Positions 18,978 through 28,595 of a stretch of 64,000 bases of DNA are shown in pieces. Source of the DNA: Cytophaga sp. FL35. GTDB taxonomy: Bacteria; Bacteroidota; Bacteroidia; Flavobacteriales; Flavobacteriaceae. Made by a program: the position numbers and the translations under genes. The DNA lies in NCBI RefSeq assembly GCF_014349235.1, contig NZ_JACSOH010000004.1, positions 69,307 to 133,306 on the forward strand. Direction: 5' to 3'. Position 1 is the first letter of the stretch. Every line of letters starts with the position of its first letter. A model generated the notes under the pieces. That model ran no database searches and was not told the origin of the DNA. It was given only the letters and a program-made list of their open reading frames with translations.

Positions 18978-21050
18978 ATGTTGAAAAAATATATAACACT
19001 CACCTTCATTCTTTTTACGGTGTGCCTTCACGCCCAGATAGATCGTAGTAAAATGCCAAAACCGGGCCCTGCTCCAGAAATAAACCTGGAAGAACCCAAA
19101 GGTTTCGAACTCAAGAATGGATTGGAAGTTCTGGTGGTTGAAAATCACAAACTTCCCCGAGTATCCATTCAATTGCGAATTGACAACCCACCAGTTCTGG
19201 AAGGCGACAAAGCCGGAGTGTCCTCTTTAATGGCATCCCTTTTGGGTAAAGGATCAAAAAACATTCCCAAGGATGAATTTAATGAGGAAGTAGATTTCCT
19301 AGGAGCGCGCATCAACTTTGGTTCCCAAAGTGCCTTTGCTTCTTCTCTTTCAAAGTATTTTGACCGGATTCTAGAACTAATGGCAGACGCAGCCATCAAT
19401 CCTAACTTTACACAAGAGGAATTTGATAAGGAAAAACAAAAATTACTTACCGGACTTAAAGCCGAAGAAAAAGACGTTCCCGCTATAGCTAGAAGAGTCT
19501 CCATGGCCCTGGCCTATACAAAAAAACACCCCTATGGAGAATTTGTAACTCCAGAAAGCGTAGAGAACATTAAACTGGCAGATGTCATTAAATTCTACAA
19601 TAACAATTTTGTTCCCGCCAATGCTTATTTGGTAGTTGTGGGCGATGTTGAGTTTGAACAGGTACAACAATTGGTGGAAGAAAAATTTACACCTTGGACA
19701 AAATCCTCCCCGTTGTCTTTTCAGTTTTCAAGACCCTCTGATGCGCTTTACACACAAATCAATTTCATTGATATGCCAAATGCCGTGCAATCGGAAATTA
19801 CGGTTGAAAATCTAGTTAACCTAAAAAAGAATGATCCAGACTATTTGGCAGCCCTTTTGGCTAATGAAATACTCGGCGGAGGTGGGGAAGGAAGGCTTTT
19901 TCTAAACCTGAGGGAAGACAAGGCCTACACCTACGGTTCTTTTTCCGGTATTGGATATAATAAACATGTACCATCTAGATTTAGGGCAACGGCAAGTGTT
20001 AGAAATGCCGTAACAGACAGTGCTATGGTAGAAATTCTTAAGGAAATAGATAAAATACGAACCGAGCCGGTATCTGAAGAAGAACTAAAAAACACCAAAG
20101 CCAAATACACAGGAAGATTTGTAATGGCATTGGAAGACCCAGCAACAATAGCCGAATACGCCCTTGATATAAAAACGGAAAACCTTCCTAAGGACTTTTA
20201 TCAAACGTATTTGGAAAAAATAAGTGCCATAACGGTGGAAGATGTACAAAAAGCAGCCCAAAAATATTTTAAGCCCTCTAACCTTAGAATTGTAATTACA
20301 GGAAAAGGTAGCGAAGTGTTGGAAAACTTGGAGAGAGCCACCTACAAAGGCAAACCACTACCTGTAAGCTATTTTGACAAAGAGGCCAATAACGTGCCTA
20401 AGCCAGATTATAGTACCCAAGTTCCTACAGATGTTAGCGTTAATGATATCCTTAACTCCTATTTAGAAGCTATTGGTGGAAAGGACAAATTAGAAGACAT
20501 CCATTCAATTGCTTTGTTGGCCGAGGCCGAAATGCAGGGAATGAAATTGAACTTGCACATGAAAAAGACCGATAAAAATCAGTTCATGCAAGATTTACAG
20601 GTTGCTGGAAATTCCATGAGCCTTCAAAAATTCAATGGGGACTCAGGATTCGTTGTAGTGCAGGGGCAAAGAAAAGATATGTCCGCAGAGGAAATTGCCA
20701 AAGTGAAAGAAGAAGCAACCCCTTTTCCAGAACTTGGCTATTTAAGTTCCGAAAACATTACTTTGGATGGAATCGAGACCATTGAAGGAAAAAAAGCCTA
20801 CAAACTTAAAATAAGTGAAGATAAAATCATTTTTTATGACCAGGAGAGCGGCTTAAAACTTCAAGAAGTCAATACTGCCGAAATGGGCGGTCAAACTATT
20901 GTTAGTACCATTACTTACCAAGACTATAAAGAAGTTTCCGGTGTTCAATTTCCACATTCATTGTCCCAGACCGTAGGTCCACAGAGTTTTGATTTCAAGA
21001 TTACCGAAATTACAGTGAACGAAGGCGTTTCTGATTCAGACTTTGAATAA
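18978..21050 (+). CDS. M16-family peptidase homolog lacking the HxxEH motif (likely non-catalytic partner), with an extended C-terminal region
   Basis: Signal peptide. M16 fold-like N-terminus without HxxEH. 690 aa. Placed 30 nt after the catalytic paralog. Confidence 0.7.
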   Translation: MLKKYITLTFILFTVCLHAQIDRSKMPKPGPAPEINLEEPKGFELKNGLEVLVVENHKLPRVSIQLRIDNPPVLEGDKAGVSSLMASLLGKGSKNIPKDEFNEEVDFLGARINFGSQSAFASSLSKYFDRILELMADAAINPNFTQEEFDKEKQKLLTGLKAEEKDVPAIARRVSMALAYTKKHPYGEFVTPESVENIKLADVIKFYNNNFVPANAYLVVVGDVEFEQVQQLVEEKFTPWTKSSPLSFQFSRPSDALYTQINFIDMPNAVQSEITVENLVNLKKNDPDYLAALLANEILGGGGEGRLFLNLREDKAYTYGSFSGIGYNKHVPSRFRATASVRNAVTDSAMVEILKEIDKIRTEPVSEEELKNTKAKYTGRFVMALEDPATIAEYALDIKTENLPKDFYQTYLEKISAITVEDVQKAAQKYFKPSNLRIVITGKGSEVLENLERATYKGKPLPVSYFDKEANNVPKPDYSTQVPTDVSVNDILNSYLEAIGGKDKLEDIHSIALLAEAEMQGMKLNLHMKKTDKNQFMQDLQVAGNSMSLQKFNGDSGFVVVQGQRKDMSAEEIAKVKEEATPFPELGYLSSENITLDGIETIEGKKAYKLKISEDKIIFYDQESGLKLQEVNTAEMGGQTIVSTITYQDYKEVSGVQFPHSLSQTVGPQSFDFKITEITVNEGVSDSDFE

Positions 21051-21069
21051 GGCACATTCCAACTATTTA

Positions 21070-21106
21070 AAAAAACGGACCAGATGATTATCGGGTCCGT
21101 TTTTTA
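21070..21106 (+). terminator. rho-independent terminator after the M16 pair (acggacc...ggtccgt + T6)
   Basis: 7-bp stem followed by TTTTTT. Confidence 0.6.
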
Positions 21107-21164
21107 TATCGTCCGAACCACATATATATGCTTAGCCGTATATTTGCACTAAACCTATGAAAAC

Positions 21165-21581
21165 ATGAAAAAAGTACTTTTCTTACTTATTGTCCCTTTC
21201 CTATTCTTATCCGCTTGCAAGGAAGAAAAAGAACAAACCCAAATGCAGGAAGTAATGGCAATTCATGATGAAGTTATGCCAAAGATGAGCAAATTGGGCA
21301 CTCTTGTTGGTGAATTAAATTCCAAAGAAAACGATAGTACGGAGCTTGGCCTTAAATATAGAGAAGCTAGAAAAGACCTACAAGCAGCACATAAATCCAT
21401 GATGGATTGGATGCAAAACTTTGGCAACAGGTTTGACCCAGATGAAATTTTAAAAGGCAAGGAGCTAACCGATCAAAAACAGGAATGGCTCAATGAAGAA
21501 GAGAAAAAGGTGAAGGATTTAAAGGAACAGATCAATTCCAGTATTTCCAATGCCCAACAATTATTGGGAAAATCTGAATAA
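21165..21581 (+). CDS. small lipoprotein of unknown function (tandem paralog A)
   Basis: Lipobox LFLSAC. Shares a conserved core with the next gene (MQEVMAIHDEVM.KMSKL / KSMMDWMQNFG.RFDPDE). Confidence 0.5.
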   Translation: MKKVLFLLIVPFLFLSACKEEKEQTQMQEVMAIHDEVMPKMSKLGTLVGELNSKENDSTELGLKYREARKDLQAAHKSMMDWMQNFGNRFDPDEILKGKELTDQKQEWLNEEEKKVKDLKEQINSSISNAQQLLGKSE

Positions 21582-21679
21582 ACAAACATTCTTAATCGAG
21601 TTTATCCGTCTTTCAAAGAAGTTTGAACCCTAACTTACAGAAGTCTATCTAATTTAGATTTGGTTTTTAATCTATACCT

Positions 21680-22108
21680 ATGGAATTCAATACTAAGTTT
21701 ATTACTAGATGCTTGGCAGTATGTTTTCTTATCCTTTCCGGAACGGTTTCTAGGGGGCAAGAAAAAGAAATGACCAAAATGCAGCAGGTCATGGCCCAGC
21801 ATGATGAAGTTATGGATGAAATGCCCAAACTTTCCAAACTGATCAACCAATTACAGACCAAGGCTAATGCTTCCTACAAAAAAGAAAAGTATGAAAATGC
21901 CATTAGCGATTTAAAGTTGGCAAACAAGTCCATGATGAACTGGATGGCAAACTTTGGAAAAAGGTTTGAAGCCGATGAAATGATGAAAGGCAAAGAACTC
22001 ACAGAGGAAAAGAAAAGATGGCTCTTGGAGGAAGAGAAAAAAGTGGCCTTATTAAAAGAAGAAATTGAAATTAGTATTTCCCAAGCGGAAAGAGTATTGG
22101 GCAATTAA
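21680..22108 (+). CDS. small secreted protein of unknown function (tandem paralog B)
   Basis: Signal peptide. MQQVMAQHDEVMDEMPKL / KSMMNWMANFGKRFEADE are paralogous to 21165..21581. Confidence 0.5.
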   Translation: MEFNTKFITRCLAVCFLILSGTVSRGQEKEMTKMQQVMAQHDEVMDEMPKLSKLINQLQTKANASYKKEKYENAISDLKLANKSMMNWMANFGKRFEADEMMKGKELTEEKKRWLLEEEKKVALLKEEIEISISQAERVLGN

Positions 22109-22112
22109 TTAT

Positions 22113-22709
22113 TTATTCCTTCCATTTAAGGGTTTCCATAATAGCCCTAATGTCCTTTCTTAAGTACACAGCTGCGGGATAAATGGAGTCATAATTGGGC
22201 TTGGTATAAAAATAAAGCGATCCCGTTACAAAATGCCGGGTACTATCCGTTACATAAAACTGTGCCTGTGAGGCTGCATCTCCACTCACCTCATAAAACA
22301 TGCCGTACACTTTGGCATCATCGTTTATAAAGGGCTGCTCTAAAATTCCATCTGCCTTAACAGAATGCTCATAACTAAACTTTTGGGCATCGGAAAATAA
22401 TTTCTCCAAATTACCTTCTACTTCTTTATAATTGATAAAAATTTCACCTTTCATTTCCGGGTATCTCAATATCAAAGAATTGTTTTTGTCCCGCTTTAAT
22501 TGAGCCAAATCATTATACTGAAAAGAGAACCTTTCCGTCTCCATACCTGCTACCAAAGGTTTTGAATACTCCAGACGAAGTTCCGCTTTTGGTTTTGGCA
22601 ATACATCTTCCTTGCACCCCATAAAGCAAACCATTAGCAAAAAAACGAAGACCAAAAAACCTCCAATTCTTTCCAATACCGTTTTCTTACGTATGTTTAA
22701 ACTATCCAA
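22113..22709 (-). CDS. gldD: gliding-motility lipoprotein GldD-like
   Basis: About 190-aa lipoprotein (LLMVCFMGC). Lies immediately downstream of a gldE-like gene in the conserved mutY-ssb-gldE-gldD order. Confidence 0.55.
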   Translation of the reverse strand: MDSLNIRKKTVLERIGGFLVFVFLLMVCFMGCKEDVLPKPKAELRLEYSKPLVAGMETERFSFQYNDLAQLKRDKNNSLILRYPEMKGEIFINYKEVEGNLEKLFSDAQKFSYEHSVKADGILEQPFINDDAKVYGMFYEVSGDAASQAQFYVTDSTRHFVTGSLYFYTKPNYDSIYPAAVYLRKDIRAIMETLKWKE

Positions 22710-22720
22710 GGCACTAAAAT

Positions 22721-24043
22721 TTAATTAGATATCTCAGGCTGAGGTAGGGTCACCTTAATTTGTTTCAGCCTTTTTTTGTCCATACTCTCTACTACAAAGA
22801 CATGGTCGTTAAATTGAATTTTCTCTCCCCTTTTAGGGAAGCTTCCGGCTATTTCCAATACAAAACCTGCAACAGTTTCCGCTTCGCCCTTTTTTTCCTC
22901 AAATTCATCTTCGTCCACGAGTTTCGTTACCCTGTAGAAATCCCTAAGGGCTGTTTTACCATCGAATACAAAATTGTAATCATCCAATTTGGAAAATACA
23001 AGGTCCTCGTCGTCAAACTCGTCGGTTATATCACCTACTATTTCTTCAATAATATCCTCTAAGGTTACGATACCAGAGGTTCCTCCATATTCATCAACTA
23101 CAATGGCCAAATGGTTTTTCTTCTCCTGAAATTCCAAAAGCAAATCGTCCAATTTTTTGTTTTCGGGCACAAAAAACGGCTCCCTGATCAAACTCGCCCA
23201 ATTAAAGGTTTTCCTATCAATATACGGTAATAGGTCCTTTACATAAAGAACACCACTTACATTATCCATATTCTCCGAAAATACCGGAATCCTGGAATAG
23301 CCGTGTTTTTTAATCTCTGCCATGACCTCAGGGAACTTCATATCTTCGCTAAGGGCAAAAATGTCAATTCTAGGACACATTACCTGCTTGGTGTCTGTAT
23401 TTCCGAAGGAAACTATTCCTTCCAGTATCTTCTGTTCCTCTTTAGTGGTATCTCCCTCATCTGTTAGTTCCAATGCCTGTGATAAATGGTCCACACTTAG
23501 ATTAGAACGTTGTTTTCCCAATCTATTATAAAGAAATAGGGTACCGGAACGCATGGGCAAACTTAAGGGAGAGAACAAAATATCCAGCACTTTTAAGGGG
23601 TAGGACATAAAATGGGCAAAAGCCACCCTGTTTCTATTAGCGTATACCTTAGGTAAAATTTCGCCGAACATCAATATTAAAAAGGTAGCTACGACCACCT
23701 CCAGTACAAAGCGTAGCCACTCCAGCTCTATATCTGAAAAAAGAGTTTCTCCAATATCGCTAAACAATAATACAACCCCAATGTTTATGGCATTGTTGGC
23801 AATAAGTATGGTGGCCAAAAGCTTTTTTGGCCTATCCAACAGCCTTACAATAATATCTCCTTTAACAGATTTTTTATCCGCAATATCCTTAACATCCGTA
23901 GCCGAAAGTCCAAAGAATGCCACCTCCGCACCAGAGATAAGAGCCGAACAAATCAGCAATAGTACCAATATGGCAATTTGGAAAGCAAACGCACCACCAG
24001 AGACTAAAAATATGGAAAGCGCACTAAAAGGGTCAGGGTCCAA
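22721..24043 (-). CDS. gldE: GldE-like CNNM/CorC-family membrane protein (DUF21 + CBS pair + CorC_HlyC)
   Basis: N-terminal four-TM DUF21 domain, tandem CBS domains and a C-terminal transporter-associated domain. Synteny with ssb and gldD. Confidence 0.75.
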   Translation of the reverse strand: MDPDPFSALSIFLVSGGAFAFQIAILVLLLICSALISGAEVAFFGLSATDVKDIADKKSVKGDIIVRLLDRPKKLLATILIANNAINIGVVLLFSDIGETLFSDIELEWLRFVLEVVVATFLILMFGEILPKVYANRNRVAFAHFMSYPLKVLDILFSPLSLPMRSGTLFLYNRLGKQRSNLSVDHLSQALELTDEGDTTKEEQKILEGIVSFGNTDTKQVMCPRIDIFALSEDMKFPEVMAEIKKHGYSRIPVFSENMDNVSGVLYVKDLLPYIDRKTFNWASLIREPFFVPENKKLDDLLLEFQEKKNHLAIVVDEYGGTSGIVTLEDIIEEIVGDITDEFDDEDLVFSKLDDYNFVFDGKTALRDFYRVTKLVDEDEFEEKKGEAETVAGFVLEIAGSFPKRGEKIQFNDHVFVVESMDKKRLKQIKVTLPQPEISN

Positions 24044-24167
24044 CAGCTAGAGTTTTATGATAAAACGAGGTATAATCCCAATAATTATTTTGGTTGTACT
24101 AAAAACTAAATTATTTAAAATCCCTTAGAAACCAAAAGCCTTGTTTATCAGGAAAAATTTTTCCCGT

Positions 24168-24641
24168 TTAGAAAGGCAGATCGTCCTCAGGTTCACTTAC
24201 CGAATGGCTTGGCTGACTGGCTTGTGCAGGTTTTTGACTTGATTGGGCAGCAGCTTGTGAGTTTCCACCACCATTCTGCTGCTGGTTATTGGCCATACTT
24301 TCCTTTTTGGTAGTCAAAAAGGTAAAATCCTGTACTTGAATCTCCGTGGAGTACCTAGTATTGCCATCCTCACCTTGCCATTGGCGGTTTTTCAATCTTC
24401 CCTCAACATATACCTTGTCGCCTTTGCTTAGGTATTTCTCGCAGATTTCTGCAGCCTTGTTCCTTACCACCACGTTATGCCAATCTGTATTGGTAACACG
24501 CTCCCCGGTTTGTTTATTAGTGTAGGTTTCATTGGTAGCAATGGGGAACCTTCCTATGCATCCGCCTCCTTCAAAATAGTGCATTTTAACTTCATCTCCC
24601 AAATGCCCTATCAACATTACTTTATTCAATGTACCACTCAT
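24168..24641 (-). CDS. ssb: single-stranded DNA-binding protein
   Basis: OB-fold N-terminus. Gln/Gly-rich linker. Acidic C-terminal tip DDLPF. Confidence 0.9.
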   Translation of the reverse strand: MSGTLNKVMLIGHLGDEVKMHYFEGGGCIGRFPIATNETYTNKQTGERVTNTDWHNVVVRNKAAEICEKYLSKGDKVYVEGRLKNRQWQGEDGNTRYSTEIQVQDFTFLTTKKESMANNQQQNGGGNSQAAAQSSQKPAQASQPSHSVSEPEDDLPF

Positions 24642-24661
24642 ATTCTCTTAAAGTTTAATGG

Positions 24662-25708
24662 TCAAAAGTACGAATTTTTAAACGTTTTCAAGAACTCCGC
24701 GATCAAAACCGGAACGGCAAATTCTTCGGCTTTTGAAAAGGAAATCCCATCTTTTAATTCATCTTTTAACTCAACAATCCAAAAAACGGTGTGCAGATGC
24801 CTATGCGAAAGCTTATGTACAATAGGCATTTCATTAAAACGGAAAACTGTATGGACCTTATTAATAATAGGAAACTGGTCTAACTGTGCTTCAATTTCCG
24901 GTAAGGTCATTTCCTTTTCTGATTCCAACAATGGAAACTCCCATAAATTGCGCCATATACCTTTGGATGTTCGTTGTCTAAGATGGGTTTCGCCTTTAGG
25001 GGAAATAGGAACCACGTAATTAAAATGAAGATGCTTTATTTTGGTCTTTTTAAGTTTAACCGGAAGCTCCTTTACCTTATTCGTCTTTAAAGCTTGACAA
25101 CCTTCACTTAAGGGACAAAACATACAATTGGGATTCTGCGGCGTGCATTGCACCGCTCCAAACTCCATGATACCTTGATTATAGTCCCTGATTTCAGAAG
25201 AATGCATAACCTCCCTTGCCAATTCTTTAAAATACGCAATTCCTTGGGTGCTATTAATAGGTGTATCAATACCAAAGAACCTTGACAACACTCTATAAAC
25301 GTTACCGTCTACCACAGGTTCTGGCCTACCAAAACTTATGGAAGCAATGGCACTAGCGGTGTAATCCCCTACCCCCTTTAAGCCCAAAAGCCCTTTGTAG
25401 GTATCCGGAAATTGACCGTTTAACTCATAGGCCACTTTTTGTGCGGTAGCGTGTAGGTTTCTAGCCCGAGAATAATACCCCAGACCTTGCCAAAGTTTCA
25501 TGACTTTTTCCTCGGGGGCATCTGCCAAATCCCTAACGGTAGGAAAGTTTTCCACGAACGCATGGTAATAAGGCGTACCCTGCGCTACCCGAGTCTGTTG
25601 CAACATAATTTCGGACAGCCATATTTTATAAGGATCCGTGGTTGCCCTCCAAGGTAGGTCCCGCTTATTTACATGGTACCATTTGAGTATTTCTTCAGCA
25701 AAATTCAT
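24662..25708 (-). CDS. mutY: A/G-specific adenine DNA glycosylase
   Basis: HhH-GPD glycosylase N-terminus (LWQGLGYYSRARNL). 4Fe-4S cysteine cluster (C..C..C..C). NUDIX-like C-terminal domain. Confidence 0.9.
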   Translation of the reverse strand: MNFAEEILKWYHVNKRDLPWRATTDPYKIWLSEIMLQQTRVAQGTPYYHAFVENFPTVRDLADAPEEKVMKLWQGLGYYSRARNLHATAQKVAYELNGQFPDTYKGLLGLKGVGDYTASAIASISFGRPEPVVDGNVYRVLSRFFGIDTPINSTQGIAYFKELAREVMHSSEIRDYNQGIMEFGAVQCTPQNPNCMFCPLSEGCQALKTNKVKELPVKLKKTKIKHLHFNYVVPISPKGETHLRQRTSKGIWRNLWEFPLLESEKEMTLPEIEAQLDQFPIINKVHTVFRFNEMPIVHKLSHRHLHTVFWIVELKDELKDGISFSKAEEFAVPVLIAEFLKTFKNSYF

Positions 25709-25882
25709 TTCAAAAAAATCGGAACCAAAAGTAAGGGTTTATACGCCAAAGCTCTAAACAGAATGGGATAATTGGCAAATGTAAGGTTGAACGACTTAAA
25801 ATTAGTTTGTTAGCGGTTGGAAATGAATTTAATTTATATATTTGCATCCCAAAAAATTTATACTGAAAATTTAACACGACAA

Positions 25883-26173
25883 ATGACGAAAGCAGAAATT
25901 GTATCAAAAATCTCAGACAAGCTGGGAATTGAAAAAGGAGATGTTCAGGCGACTGTAGAGAGTTTTATGGAAGAGGTAAAGTCTTCTCTTGAGGGCGGTG
26001 ATAATGTTTACTTGCGTGGCTTTGGTAGTTTTATCATTAAAACAAGAGCTGAAAAAACCGGAAGGAACATCAGTAAAAATACCACTATCAAAATTCCGGC
26101 ACATAATATTCCGGCATTTAAACCAGCCAAGGTTTTTGTAGAAGGTGTTAAAAGTAACGTACAGGTTAAATAA
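25883..26173 (+). CDS. hup: HU-family nucleoid DNA-binding protein
   Basis: MTKAEIVSKISDKLGI...RGFGSF... is canonical HU. The internal ATG at 25883 is used, because the upstream 22 codons of the track ORF are non-HU. Confidence 0.85.
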   Translation: MTKAEIVSKISDKLGIEKGDVQATVESFMEEVKSSLEGGDNVYLRGFGSFIIKTRAEKTGRNISKNTTIKIPAHNIPAFKPAKVFVEGVKSNVQVK

Positions 26174-26197
26174 TAGTAATCATTTAAATAAAAATTT

Positions 26198-26287
26198 ATG
26201 CCGAGCGGTAAGAAAAGAAAGAGACATAAGGTGGCTACCCACAAGCGTAAGAAGCGCAGGAGAGCCAACCGACACAAGAAGAAATAA
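26198..26287 (+). CDS. candidate 29-aa extremely basic peptide (MPSGKKRKRHKVATHKRKKRRRANRHKKK), hand-called
   Basis: ATG-to-stop mini-ORF 25 nt after HU, immediately followed by a strong terminator. 22 of 29 residues are K, R or H. Resembles ribosome-associated basic mini-proteins. Not in the ORF track (under 60 aa). Confidence 0.35.
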   Translation: MPSGKKRKRHKVATHKRKKRRRANRHKKK

Positions 26288-26303
26288 ACCGTAAGGGTTG
26301 GTA

Positions 26304-26333
26304 AAAAGGGCTGATAATTTCAGCCCTTTTTAT
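26304..26333 (+). terminator. rho-independent terminator (aaagggctgataatttcagcccttt + T)
   Basis: 9-bp stem and a T-run directly after the basic mini-ORF. Confidence 0.6.
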
Positions 26334-26474
26334 GCTAAATCCATTATTTTTCTTCACGTTCTTTGACATAGAGATTCAAAAAGAATTTCGGCGGATACAT
26401 ACTTCAAAAAAATCCGTTTCAATCATTGTTTAATCGATTCCGAATATATTTTTTCGGAATACAAATACATTCAG

Positions 26475-28022
26475 GTGAATAGAGAATTAATCGTAAGATC
26501 TAGTTCCGATGCCGTTGATTTTGCCTTATTAAAGGACGGTAAACTCACTGAACTGCATAAAGAGGAAGACAATAATAATTTTTCCGTTGGCGATATTTTC
26601 CTCGCCAAGATCAGGAAGCCCGTAACCGGCTTAAATGCCGCATTTGTCAACGTAGGGTATGAAAAAGATGCTTTTTTACACTATCACGACCTAGGGCCCC
26701 AATTATCCTCATTGCTCAAGTTCATAAAATTGGTGAGTACCGGCAAACTGAAAGACTATAACCTTGGCAATTTTAAATTTGAAAAGGATATAGACAAAAA
26801 TGGCGTAATAACAGATGTTGTTAAAGCCAACCAATCCATTTTGGTTCAAATCGTAAAAGAACCCATTTCCACCAAAGGACCAAGAATAAGCTCAGAACTT
26901 TCCATTGCTGGACGCTATTTGGTTATGGTACCTTTTTCAGACCGTGTTTCCGTTTCGCAAAAAATTGCGAGTAACGAAGAGAAAGACCGGTTAAAAAGAT
27001 TAGTAAAAAGCATTAAACCAAAGGGATTCGGGGTAATTATAAGAACAGTTGCAGAAGGTAAAAAAGTAGCGGAACTTGACAAAGATCTAGAAAACCTGTT
27101 GGCCAAATGGTCAACAATGTGTAAAAAAATGTATAAAGCACCTACACCTTCCAAGGTACTGGTAGAGCTTAATAGAGCTTCTTCCATTCTTAGGGATATC
27201 TTTAACGATACCTTTACGGGTATTCATGTTGATGATGAAGGACTTTATGACAAAATTCAGGACTATGTACAAGAAATAGCTCCTGGAAAAGAATCAATCG
27301 TTAAACTTTACAATTCCAACGTTCCTATATTCGAAAAGTATGGTATAGAGCGCCAAATTAAGACTTCTTTTGGCCGTACTGCGAGCATGAGCAAGGGCGC
27401 ATACCTAATCATAGAGCATACGGAAGCCCTTCACGTAATAGACGTGAACAGTGGCAACCGATCCAATAAAGCTAAAAACCAAGAGGAAACTGCATTGGAG
27501 GTGAACCTTTTGGCGGCGTCCGAAATTGCAAGACAGTTAAGGCTTAGGGATATGGGCGGTATTATCGTGGTAGATTTTATAGACATGGTAAAGGCCCCCA
27601 ACCGCAGAAAGCTATATGACCATCTTAGAGATGAGATGAAAGACGATAGGGCAAAGCATAAAATACTTCCGCCCAGTAAATTTGGACTTGTACAGATTAC
27701 CAGACAGCGGGTAAGACCCGAAATGAATATTAAAACAACCGAGGAAAACCCTAACGGCAGTGGCAAGGAGATAGAAGCTCCTATTGTTTTGATCGATAAG
27801 ATCAATGCCGATTTGGAAAAGCTTTTAAAGGGACCCAAAAAGGACAATGGTATTACATTAAATATCCACCCTTTTATTGCAGCCTATATTACCAAAGGTT
27901 TTCCGTCCATACGTTCCAAATGGTTCTTGGAACATAAAAAATGGATCAAAATACAACCTAGGGATGCGTATACGTATCTAGAATACCGTTTTAAGGATAA
28001 AGACGGTAAAACCATATATTAA
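26475..28022 (+). CDS. rng: ribonuclease E/G family (RNase G-like)
   Basis: 515 aa. S1 domain N-terminus and RNase E/G catalytic core (HVIDVNSG...DMGGIIVVDFIDM). Confidence 0.9.
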   Translation: MNRELIVRSSSDAVDFALLKDGKLTELHKEEDNNNFSVGDIFLAKIRKPVTGLNAAFVNVGYEKDAFLHYHDLGPQLSSLLKFIKLVSTGKLKDYNLGNFKFEKDIDKNGVITDVVKANQSILVQIVKEPISTKGPRISSELSIAGRYLVMVPFSDRVSVSQKIASNEEKDRLKRLVKSIKPKGFGVIIRTVAEGKKVAELDKDLENLLAKWSTMCKKMYKAPTPSKVLVELNRASSILRDIFNDTFTGIHVDDEGLYDKIQDYVQEIAPGKESIVKLYNSNVPIFEKYGIERQIKTSFGRTASMSKGAYLIIEHTEALHVIDVNSGNRSNKAKNQEETALEVNLLAASEIARQLRLRDMGGIIVVDFIDMVKAPNRRKLYDHLRDEMKDDRAKHKILPPSKFGLVQITRQRVRPEMNIKTTEENPNGSGKEIEAPIVLIDKINADLEKLLKGPKKDNGITLNIHPFIAAYITKGFPSIRSKWFLEHKKWIKIQPRDAYTYLEYRFKDKDGKTIY

Positions 28023-28032
28023 AGAATTATTG

Positions 28033-28068
28033 CAAGCGGCTTCCATATGATGGAAGCCGCTTTTTTTG
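28033..28068 (+). terminator. rho-independent terminator after rng (gcggcttccatatgatggaagccgc + T7)
   Basis: 10-bp stem followed by TTTTTTT. It overlaps the first codons of the track ORF 28047, which argues for the later recX start. Confidence 0.65.
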
Positions 28069-28121
28069 TACCCAATACTGAACTACCTTTGATAAAACTT
28101 AGCCCTCGAAGTACTATAGAA

Positions 28122-28589
28122 ATGATAAAAGGCTACACCGTACAGGAAGCTACACATAAGCTGGAACAATTCTGTGCCTACCAGGAACGTTGCCACAAAG
28201 AGGTGGAAGAAAAATTAAGAGGTATGCGCATGATTCCTCAAGCCATTGACCAAATAATTGTTCACTTGATCAAGGAGAATTATCTCAATGAAGAGCGTTT
28301 TGCCCGGAGTTTTGCGCGAGGAAAGTTCATTATAAAAAAATGGGGAAAGATCAGGATTATGCGTGAACTAAAAGCCAGGAACATCTCCCCCTACAATATC
28401 AAAACGGCCCTAAAAGAAATTGAAGACACAGACTATTTAAAGACTTTTAATGAACTGTCCCAAAAAAGACTAACTCAGATTTCAGAGAAAAATCCACAGA
28501 AAAAACGAAAGAAATTAGCCGACTATCTTTTATATAGGGGCTGGGAACACCAGCTGGTCTACGATAAAATTTACGAACTTATTCCTTAG
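28122..28589 (+). CDS. recX: RecX-family regulatory protein
   Basis: 155 aa from the ATG at 28122 (MIKGYTVQEATHKLEQFCAYQERCHKEVEEKL...). Repeated three-helix modules typical of RecX. Confidence 0.7.
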   Translation: MIKGYTVQEATHKLEQFCAYQERCHKEVEEKLRGMRMIPQAIDQIIVHLIKENYLNEERFARSFARGKFIIKKWGKIRIMRELKARNISPYNIKTALKEIEDTDYLKTFNELSQKRLTQISEKNPQKKRKKLADYLLYRGWEHQLVYDKIYELIP

Positions 28590-28595
28590 TTTCCA

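Noticed and set aside
25817-25882. 22-codon extension upstream of HU (MEMNLIYIFASQKIYTENLTRQ) and 25-codon extension of recX at 28047 (MMEAAFFVPNTELPL...)
   Set aside because: The extensions are not HU-like or RecX-like. The recX extension overlaps the rng terminator hairpin. Internal ATGs at 25883 and 28122 give canonical lengths.
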